From NCBI GenBank assembly GCA_965203215.1, contig CBDBBY010000001.1:293856-325855 (forward strand): a DNA stretch of 32,000 bases, read 5' to 3'. Of the stretch, positions 25,396 to 32,000 are shown piece after piece. The position numbers and the translations under genes are program-made. Below the pieces are notes generated by a model. That model did not search any database. It was not told the origin of the DNA and worked only from the letters and a program-made list of their open reading frames with translations. Position 1 is the stretch's first letter. Every line of letters starts with the position of its first letter. This DNA is from Paracoccaceae bacterium (GTDB lineage: Bacteria > Pseudomonadota > Alphaproteobacteria > Rhodobacterales > Rhodobacteraceae).

Positions 25396-26427
25396 ATGAG
25401 AAACCCTTCGTTCGATACTTTGGAGGCGTCGGCTATGCCGTTTCTGGAGCGGCATGCTCCCGGAACAGGTTCCGTCAAAATCTCCAAATTTGGCTCGGGT
25501 CAGTCGAATCCGACCTATCTGGTTGAGCGGGGCCGCGCGCGGAGCGTGCTGCGGACGAAACCGCCGGGCAAACTTTTGCGTTCGGCCCATCTCGTCGAGC
25601 GCGAATTCCGGGTCATGAAGGCGCTGGAGGGCTCGGGAGTTCCTGTTCCGAAGATGATTGCGCTCGTGGGAGACGAGCAATCGCCCATCGACCGGGCATT
25701 TTTCCTTATGGAGCACGTCGAAGGGCAGGTGTTTTACGATCCTCTGCTTTCCGGACTTGAGCGGGGCGTGCGCACGAAAATCTACGATCAGATGAATCGC
25801 GTGATCGCCGCGCTGCACGGATTGGACATTTCGGCATTGGGACTTTCCGACTTCGGAAAGCCGGGCAACTATTTTGATCGACAGATCCAACGGTGGACGC
25901 AGCAATATCTGGCGGCAAAGTTCAGATCTGACCCACACATGGATCGCCTGATCGAGTGGCTTGAACGAAATCTTCCGTCAGACGACGGAGAGGTCTCAAT
26001 TGTCCACGGAGATTTCCGATTGGACAACATGGTGTTTTCGGTCCCTGAATTCGAGGTGGCGGCGCTGATCGACTGGGAGTTGTCGACGCTGGGCCATCCA
26101 ATGGCAGACATCGCTTACCAGTGCATGCAGTGGCGGTTGCCGAGTGACGGAATGCCTCCGGGCTTGGGCGGCGCTAACCGAGTCGATTTAGGCTTGCCCA
26201 GCGAACAGGAATACGTGGAAAGATATTGCGAGCGTCGGTCCATGGATTTTCCGAAAGACTGGACCTTCTACCTGATTTTCGCTTTTTTCAGATTCGCGGC
26301 CATCCTTGAGGGAGTTGCGAGGCGCGGCATGGAGGGAAACGCTTCGAATCCCAAGTCGGCGGCGGCATATGGTCGTTCCGTACCGGTGCTGTCGCGGATG
26401 GCGGCAGACATTCTGGATGGTCAGTGA
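25396..26427 (+). CDS. APH/CHK-like phosphotransferase family protein (ACAD10/11- or LvaA-type kinase)
   Basis: 343-aa ORF with the Brenner motif VHGDFRLDNMVF and IDWELSTLGHPMADIAY. Confidence 0.85.
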   Translation: MRNPSFDTLEASAMPFLERHAPGTGSVKISKFGSGQSNPTYLVERGRARSVLRTKPPGKLLRSAHLVEREFRVMKALEGSGVPVPKMIALVGDEQSPIDRAFFLMEHVEGQVFYDPLLSGLERGVRTKIYDQMNRVIAALHGLDISALGLSDFGKPGNYFDRQIQRWTQQYLAAKFRSDPHMDRLIEWLERNLPSDDGEVSIVHGDFRLDNMVFSVPEFEVAALIDWELSTLGHPMADIAYQCMQWRLPSDGMPPGLGGANRVDLGLPSEQEYVERYCERRSMDFPKDWTFYLIFAFFRFAAILEGVARRGMEGNASNPKSAAAYGRSVPVLSRMAADILDGQ

Positions 26428-26478
26428 CAATCGAGAGCAACAGGTTCAGTGAATTTATTAGTGGCGTTTGCGGTTCAG

Positions 26479-26529
26479 ATGTTACAAAACCTATGATTAA
26501 TGATGAATTTATCTGATGTTTTGTAACAT
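26479..26529. promoter_or_regulatory. Perfect 12-bp inverted repeat (ATGTTACAAAAC-n27-GTTTTGTAACAT), candidate operator of the second abiEi
   Basis: The arms lie at 26479-26490 and 26518-26529, and the right arm overlaps both candidate start codons (26516, 26528). Two further short direct repeats occur upstream: GGTTCAG at 26443 and 26472, and TGAATTTAT at 26450 and 26503. Confidence 0.5.
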
Positions 26530-27151
26530 GCCGTCTGAGAAAGTCCCGACCCAACGAGATCGTCTGATTGACCATCTCACGCATCATGGGCTGGCGCGTG
26601 CCAACGAACTTGCGCGCAGTGGGGTTTCGGCGACAACTATTGCCCGCTCGTTGGCGAAAGGTGACATTGTCCGTGTGGGGCGCGGGCTTTATCAGCTTGC
26701 CGACGCAGAATTAGACGTCCATGGAACACTTGCCGAAGTTAGCAAACTGGCGCCGAAAGGCGTCATCTGTCTTGTTTCGGCGCTCGCCTTTCATGACCTT
26801 ACCGACCAGATACCTCGCCGGACTTGGATCGCGATCGGCACAAGTGATTGGGCTCCGAAGATCCGCCATCCGCCAATCCGCACGGTACGGTTTTGCGAAC
26901 GCTATTTCTCTGCAGCAAAGGAAACCCATAAAATTTGCGGTGTCGACGTGCCGATTTATTCGCCTGCCAAATCGATTGCAGACGCTTTCCGCAATCCGAA
27001 ACTCGTTGATAGGTCCGTAGCGATTGAATCCCTGAAATCAGCACTTTCGTATAGAAGAACGACCCCCGCTGCGGTGTTCCAGACGGCGCGTGAATTCGGT
27101 GCCGCGAATATAATCAAGCCTTATCTGGAGGCGCTGACAGCCAACGGCTAG
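26516..27151 (+). CDS. abiEi: AbiEi-family antitoxin/regulator, second and divergent copy, without intact toxin partner
   Basis: 211-aa ORF; an alternative start is MPSEKV at 26528. It has the N-terminal HTH ARANELARSGVSATTIARSLAKGDIVRVGRGLYQ, then the conserved middle VICLVSALAFHDLTDQIP and PVYSP-type motif (VPIYSPAKSIADAF). Confidence 0.8.
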   Translation: MFCNMPSEKVPTQRDRLIDHLTHHGLARANELARSGVSATTIARSLAKGDIVRVGRGLYQLADAELDVHGTLAEVSKLAPKGVICLVSALAFHDLTDQIPRRTWIAIGTSDWAPKIRHPPIRTVRFCERYFSAAKETHKICGVDVPIYSPAKSIADAFRNPKLVDRSVAIESLKSALSYRRTTPAAVFQTAREFGAANIIKPYLEALTANG

Positions 27152-27156
27152 AATTC

Positions 27157-27385
27157 AAGGGTATGTCGCTGCATCGGCAGGGTAGAAGCTATTTGTACAT
27201 GGCGCGACAACATATGCGCGATTGCCATGCTGCTCTGGTCGCATGCTGCCCGGATAGATTGATCTTTCGCTGGTGGGTTCGCCGCACAAAGTTTCTGCCG
27301 AAACCAAAGGCGCTAGGAGCCGTCCAAGTAATCGCTTCCGCTGAACCTGACCGCCGCACCGGGGTCGGCGTTGTCATAGGCTGCT
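27157..27385 (+). pseudogene. Probable decayed 5' stub (~75 codons) of the cognate abiEii toxin gene
   Basis: The frame starting at 27156 reads QGYVAASAG*KLFVHGATTYARLPCCSGRMLPG*IDLSLVGSPHKVSAETKGA. The spacing of the AAS..L, SPH and KGA elements matches my memory of AbiEii N-termini (..ASV.ARL...ERFLYRLS.S.H...F.LKGA). Two in-frame TAG stops occur (27183, 27255). A shift to another frame then gives GAVQVIASAEPDRRTGVGVVIG, where EP.R.T.D.D would be expected. No search was done, so this call is weak. Confidence 0.35.
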
Positions 27386-27399
27386 TATTCCGCCCGGCC

Positions 27400-28890
27400 C
27401 GGATTTAGCGATTTTGCTCGGACGGTTTTGGCGGATCTCCCGGTTCCGGCCTCGGTTTTCGCGTTCCATGCCTGCCCGGACAGGTCCCGGGACGGTCAAG
27501 CGCCGGCGGGCCGCGCGTTCGGCCACGCGGACACCAGCTTGTTCAAGTTGTGGGCGATGCAGACCAGCGTCCATTCCCGCCGCGCATTCTCGACGCCTCG
27601 CAGCAGGAACTGCCGGAACCGGCGCGCCTGCTTGATCTGTCCGAACACCGGCTCGACGGTGATCTTGCGCAATCGGTACCGGCCGTCCCGGCCTTCCCGC
27701 TTGAGCTTCCGGTCCATCTCCGCCCGGCAGGTTCCCTCGCGCGGCGGCCGGGCGCCGGTCGCCGTCTCCTTGCCGTGCTTCCGGCGTCCGGTGGCGACAT
27801 AGCCTTGGATGCCTTTTCTCTTCAGAAGCTTCAGATTCTCTTCGGAGCAATATCCGGCGTCGGCGGACAGCTCGTCCGGCAGTTCTCCCGCCGCCGCTTC
27901 GACGGCTTCGATCATCGGCTCCAGCTGCTTCTGGTCGCTGCCCTCGGCGGTCAGCCCGTGCGCGACGATGATCTGGTTGTCGGCGTCCACCACGATCTGG
28001 CCGTTGTAGCACTGGCCGAAACCGTCCTTGGTCTTCATCAGCCTGCTCTCGGGGTCGGTGAAGTTGCGCTGCGCCTTGTCCTCCGGCTTCGCCTCCGCCG
28101 GATCCTTGCCCGCCGCCTCGGCCGCCGCCGCGGCCTGCGCCTCAAGAGCGGCCATGTGCTCCTTGATCCGCTCCCGGCGCTGACGCTTGGTCGCCAGATG
28201 ATCAGGCAGCATCCCGCTGCCGCCGTCGACCCCGTGCTCGAGATCCTCCGCCGCGTCCGCAGCCTCCGCGCGGGACAGCATCTCCCGGATCTCCTCGCTC
28301 AGCTCGGCATCCGCCTTCACCATCCGACCGTAGCTCATCGCCTTGTGCTTCGACGCGTTCGCCTGAATCCGCGTGCCGTCGATCGACACATGGCCCAGTG
28401 ACGCGAGGCCCATCCCCCTGCAAAGAGCCAAAATCTGGTCGAACAAATCTCCGAGCGACGAAAGGTGGCGCTTCCGGAAGGCGTTCACGGTGCGGAAATC
28501 CGGGCGCTGGCACGCCGTCACCGCCATGAAGTCCATCCGGTCCTGGCAGCACCGCGCGATCTCCCGCGACGAATAGATCCCTTGGCTGTAGGCGTAAAAC
28601 AGCAAAGCCGCCATCATCCTCGGATGTAGGGCGGCTGTCCGCGGGCGTCCGAATAGGAGCGCATGATCGACGACAGATCCAACGCCTCCTCGACAAGCTC
28701 CCTGACGATCCGAGCCGGATGGTCCTCCGGAACAAAGTCGTCGAGCGAAGGTGGCAAGAGAAAAACCTGATCTGTGTGCCAGTCGCGAAAGGTCTTGCCG
28801 GTCATTCCGAATCATCCTGAAAGTTGCCCGGTATTTATAGCACTTAAGCCCTATTCCATCAACTGCATGAAACTCCCGAGCGAATATTTC
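27400..28890 (-). mobile_element. IS1182-family insertion sequence (boundaries approximate)
   Basis: It contains the IS1182-type transposase gene and has markedly higher GC than its flanks. I could not identify unambiguous terminal inverted repeats, so the ends are estimated from the ~100 bp flanking the ORF on each side. Confidence 0.6.
27496..28805 (-). pseudogene. IS1182-family transposase, reading frame broken once near codon 60
   Basis: The N-terminal 60 codons come from ORF 28614..28805 (MTGKTFRDWHTDQVFLLPPSLDDFVPEDHPARIVRELVEEALDL...RGQPPY). The gene continues in the -1 frame with HPRMMAALLFYAYSQGIYSSREIARCCQDRMDFMAV...DAGYCSEENL...VEPVFGQIKQARRFRQFLLRG (ORF 27496..28815). The junction is at about 28627-28630. 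Confidence 0.8.
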
Positions 28891-28902
28891 TCGGACAGGC
28901 TC

Positions 28903-29778
28903 CTAGGGCTGAATTCTGTAAAATTCGCAGACTGTTCCGCCGAATACCGCCGCGTGCTCGGAAGCGGGAACGATCTCGCAGTATGCGTCCACCACGGCTG
29001 CATAGTCGGACTGCAGCGAGTCGACTGGGAAATTCGAGCCGAACATGCATCGATCAGCACCGAAGAGCGAGAGGCAAGTTTCGACAACGGGACGAATGTC
29101 ATCGACGGTCCAGCCGTGACGGAACATCGCCAAGCCCGAAAGCTTGCATCGAACATTCGGCAGCTCTGAAAACTCTGCCATCCCTTTGGTCCACGAATTC
29201 ATGCCTTCATCGCTGCGGTCGTGCGGCGAGCCTGCGTGACAAAGCGCAACTCTCAATTCGGGAACGCGCCCGAACAATTCGGCGCATTTGGACATCAACT
29301 CCGGAGTCAATTGGAGGTCGAAAGCAAGTCCGGTCTCGGCCGCCAGCGCGAGTCCGCGTTCGAAAGCAGCATTTTCAAGCAAAGCGTTCGTTCCTGTGCG
29401 GGCGTCTTCGCCCGGCGCTCGTCCGACGATCTGCCTGACGCCCCTCACTGTTGGGATTTCGGCAAGCGCTGCAAGATTGCGTTCGACTTCCTGCGAGGCC
29501 AAGTCGCAAAAGGCCACTTGCGCTGTCGGCCATCCGCCGCTCGCATCGTGCACGCCTTGCACCCATTTCGCTTCCGCCATGCCGTCGGCGGCGCCGACCT
29601 GGATATGGATTGAACCTTCGAATCCGCAAGCGCGGGCGTCCGAACGGAATTCCTCGATCAGATAGTCGCGTTGAATCGGTGTCGGATCGCCGAAAAAGCG
29701 GCGTTCGCCCTTCGCCATCAGCCAAGGGTATTCGACTGCGTTCAAATCCCAGATGTGGTGGTGCGCATCGATCTTCAA
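28903..29778 (-). CDS. Amidohydro_2-family metal-dependent hydrolase (lactonase/decarboxylase-like)
   Basis: 291-aa ORF with the N-terminal MKIDAHHHIWD metal-binding motif and the typical length and layout of PF04909-type enzymes. Confidence 0.8.
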   Translation of the reverse strand: MKIDAHHHIWDLNAVEYPWLMAKGERRFFGDPTPIQRDYLIEEFRSDARACGFEGSIHIQVGAADGMAEAKWVQGVHDASGGWPTAQVAFCDLASQEVERNLAALAEIPTVRGVRQIVGRAPGEDARTGTNALLENAAFERGLALAAETGLAFDLQLTPELMSKCAELFGRVPELRVALCHAGSPHDRSDEGMNSWTKGMAEFSELPNVRCKLSGLAMFRHGWTVDDIRPVVETCLSLFGADRCMFGSNFPVDSLQSDYAAVVDAYCEIVPASEHAAVFGGTVCEFYRIQP

Positions 29779-29791
29779 TTCAGCGTTTCAT

Positions 29792-31075
29792 TCAAGTTGC
29801 GGCGGGACGCCACGGATCGACTGTTTGCGGTCTGCCGGGAAGCGAAAGTTCCGCCCGAGTTCGCGGCGTTTTCGCGACGATCTTCCCGTTTGAGACGACC
29901 GCAAGCCGATTTGGCTTCAGCCTGATAGCCTCGACGGGATCCGGAGCGTCGAGGACGACGAAGCTCGCGCGTTTGCCGGGCGCCAATCCGAGGTCTTCAA
30001 TGCACATGATTTCGGCGTTTGTCGACGTGACCATGTCGAAGCAGCGGCGCATTTCATCGCGGCTGGTCATTTGCGCCACGTGCAGTCCCATGTTCGCGAC
30101 CTCCAGCATGTCGGCGTTGCCGAGGGAATACCAGGGGTCGAGAACGCAGTCCTGCCCCCAGCCGACTCGTATGCCCGCGGCGATCATTTCAGGAACGCGC
30201 GTGAGGCCGCGACGTTTCGGGTAGGTGTCGTGGCGACCTTGGATCGTGATGTTGATGGCGGGATTGGAAATCGCCGAGACGCCGGCCTCCGCAATCAAAG
30301 GCAAAAGCTTCGACACGTAATAGTTGTCCATTGAATGCATGGAGGTGAGGTGCGAGCCCGCGACCCGTCCCGACAGCTGCAGACGCTGGGTCTCATGCGC
30401 AAGCTGTTCAATATGGCGCGACATCGGGTCATCGGTCTCGTCGCAATGCATATCCACAAGCAGCCCTCGCTCCGCCGCGATTTCGCATAATTCCGTTACC
30501 GATCTGCGCCCGTCTTCCATTGTCCGCTCGAAGTGGGGAATTCCGCCGACGACCTCCACGCCCAAATCAAGTGCGCGCAGAGTGTTTTCGCGAGCATTCG
30601 GGCTCCTGTAGAATCCGTCTTGGGGAAACGCGACGAGCTGCAGATCCAAGTATGGAGACACTTCTTTCTGCACTTCTTTCAGCGCATGGACAGCCAGCAG
30701 CCTGTCGTCGCATACGTCGACATGCGTGCGGATCGCCAGCAGCCCCATCGCGACCGCCCAATCGCAGTACTGCATTGCGCGGTCGCGAACGGCGTCGTGG
30801 GTGAGCAACGGCTTGAGCTCGCCCCACAATTCGATTCCTTCAAGCAGCGTGCCGGAGCGGTTGACCCTCGGGATGCCTTGGGAAAGCGTCGCGTCCATAT
30901 GGAAGTGGGGATCAACGAAGGGCGGCGAGACAAGACAGCCCGGAAACTCCAGCACCTCGATCGCATCCGCTTCGATGTCCGGCTCCATCGCAGCGATTTT
31001 TGCGTTCGCGACTCCGATGTCGGCTTTGCGGCCGTCCGGAAGGGAGCAACCTTTGATGAGGATTTCGAAAGTCAT
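29792..31075 (-). CDS. codA: Cytosine deaminase-like amidohydrolase
   Basis: 427-aa ORF, the same length as E. coli CodA. SPPFVDPHFHMDATLS...NRSGTLLEGIELW...LLTHDAVRDRA...IRTHVDVCD parallels CodA PPFVEPHIHLDTT...QSGTLFEGIERW...THVDVSD. Substrate specificity cannot be fixed from sequence alone. Confidence 0.75.
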   Translation of the reverse strand: MTFEILIKGCSLPDGRKADIGVANAKIAAMEPDIEADAIEVLEFPGCLVSPPFVDPHFHMDATLSQGIPRVNRSGTLLEGIELWGELKPLLTHDAVRDRAMQYCDWAVAMGLLAIRTHVDVCDDRLLAVHALKEVQKEVSPYLDLQLVAFPQDGFYRSPNARENTLRALDLGVEVVGGIPHFERTMEDGRRSVTELCEIAAERGLLVDMHCDETDDPMSRHIEQLAHETQRLQLSGRVAGSHLTSMHSMDNYYVSKLLPLIAEAGVSAISNPAINITIQGRHDTYPKRRGLTRVPEMIAAGIRVGWGQDCVLDPWYSLGNADMLEVANMGLHVAQMTSRDEMRRCFDMVTSTNAEIMCIEDLGLAPGKRASFVVLDAPDPVEAIRLKPNRLAVVSNGKIVAKTPRTRAELSLPGRPQTVDPWRPAAT

Positions 31076-32000
31076 CTCTCGCCCTTAATGTATGGAACCA
31101 TCAGCGCATTCGGGTAGCCCGCTCTCCGAGACATGACTATTAGCGCAAGGATTGAAAGCGCGAACGGGAGCATCAGGAATATCTGGTAGGGCACGACATC
31201 CCCCATGATCGGCTGAAGCCGCACTTGGTAGGCATCGAACGCAGCGAACAAAATCGCTCCGAGCACGGCCTTGCCCGGTCTCCACGATCCGAAGACCACG
31301 AGAGCGATGCAGATCCAGCCGCGACCGTTGATCATTTCGAAGAAAAACGAATTGAACGCAGACATGGTGAGGAACGCGCCGCCGACCGCCATCAGGGCGG
31401 AGCCCGCAGCCACTGCGGCCATGCGCACGGCCGTCACGCTGATGCCTTGGGCCTCCACGGCCGCCGGGTTTTCGCCGACGGCCCTGACCGCCAATCCCGC
31501 GGGGGTCCTGTACAAGAACCAAGCCAGCAGCGCGGCTGCGACGAATGCCAGATATGTCAATGGAGTCTGCGCGAACAGGGCAGGTCCGAAAATCGGGATT
31601 TCGGACAGAATCGGTATCGGCAGTGTTTCGAACGGTTCGATTTTCGGCGGCGAGTCAACTTCCGGCAGCAGGACGCGGTAGACGTAGTATGCGAGACTCG
31701 TGGCGAGCAGCGTAATGCCGATTCCGGTGACATGCTGCGACAGCGCGAGCGGAACCGTCAAAAATCCGTGCAGCAAACCGAACGCGACGCCGGTCAACGC
31801 GGCAACCCCGACCCCCAGCCACAATGAGCCGCCCAGAAAGACCGTATACCAGCCGGCGAATGCTCCCGCCGTCATGATTCCCTCGATTCCGAGGTTCAGC
31901 ACGCCCGCGCGCTCGCACAGCAATTCTCCGAGCGTCGCGAATATCAGCGGAGTCGCGATGCGTACCGCCGCGACCCAGAAGGTCGATGTGACGAATATTT
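31072..32000 (-). CDS. ABC transporter permease (BMP/nucleoside-type), partial; N-terminus lies beyond the right window edge
   Basis: The open frame extends to the window end (...ATPLIFATLGELLCERAGVLNLGIEGIMTAGAFAGWY...). The protein is polytopic and hydrophobic. Its stop overlaps the codA-like start (ATGA, 31072-31075). Confidence 0.8.
   Translation of the reverse strand, partial: IFVTSTFWVAAVRIATPLIFATLGELLCERAGVLNLGIEGIMTAGAFAGWYTVFLGGSLWLGVGVAALTGVAFGLLHGFLTVPLALSQHVTGIGITLLATSLAYYVYRVLLPEVDSPPKIEPFETLPIPILSEIPIFGPALFAQTPLTYLAFVAAALLAWFLYRTPAGLAVRAVGENPAAVEAQGISVTAVRMAAVAAGSALMAVGGAFLTMSAFNSFFFEMINGRGWICIALVVFGSWRPGKAVLGAILFAAFDAYQVRLQPIMGDVVPYQIFLMLPFALSILALIVMSRRAGYPNALMVPYIKGER

Noticed and set aside
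25192-26427. HTH + kinase pair read as a HipB/HipA-like toxin-antitoxin
   Set aside because: The kinase carries APH/CHK-type motifs (HGDFRLDN, DWE) and the length of ACAD10/LvaA-like phosphotransferases, not HipA architecture. The HTH ORF looks truncated and is associated with the IS remnant.
28619-28635. Programmed -1 ribosomal frameshift in the IS1182 transposase
   Set aside because: There is no slippery X XXY YYZ heptamer and no obvious downstream structure at the junction. A simple 1-nt deletion explains it better. It is kept only as a low-interest finding.

Overview
This is a 32-kb bacterial chromosomal segment. A metabolic backbone is interrupted by four accessory blocks full of defence genes and IS debris. 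The backbone is visibly GC-rich and comprises an SDR oxidoreductase, pntA/pntB transhydrogenase, an acyl-CoA dehydrogenase, an APH-like kinase, an Amidohydro_2 hydrolase, a CodA-like deaminase and an ABC permease. Block 1 (1-9830) holds a transposase fragment and a Type III R-M in res->mod order with a frameshifted mod. It also holds a roughly 602-codon membrane-anchored TPR gene split by a complete IS5-family element, a translationally coupled 165-aa unknown ORF, and a 229-bp MITE-like IS deletion derivative. Block 2 (about 14.1-21.7 kb) is a Type I R-M operon, hsdM-hsdS-PIN-hsdR, on the minus strand. Every gene junction overlaps, and no antitoxin ORF accompanies the PIN nuclease. Block 3 (about 22.98-25.39 kb) is an AbiEi/AbiEii module nested between two decayed IS5-like transposase 3' remnants, plus a small XRE-type ORF. 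Block 4 (about 26.43-28.9 kb) is an orphan abiEi with a decayed abiEii stub cut off by an IS1182-family element. I recognised no rRNA, tRNA or CRISPR array. Two loci are the best candidates for something undescribed. One is the antitoxin-less PIN nuclease at the hsdS/hsdR junction, which is the position PrrC occupies in the E. coli prr locus. The other is the TM-TPR gene with its coupled 165-aa ORF next to the Type III system. All family calls rest on motifs read by eye from the translations. No database or HMM search was run.
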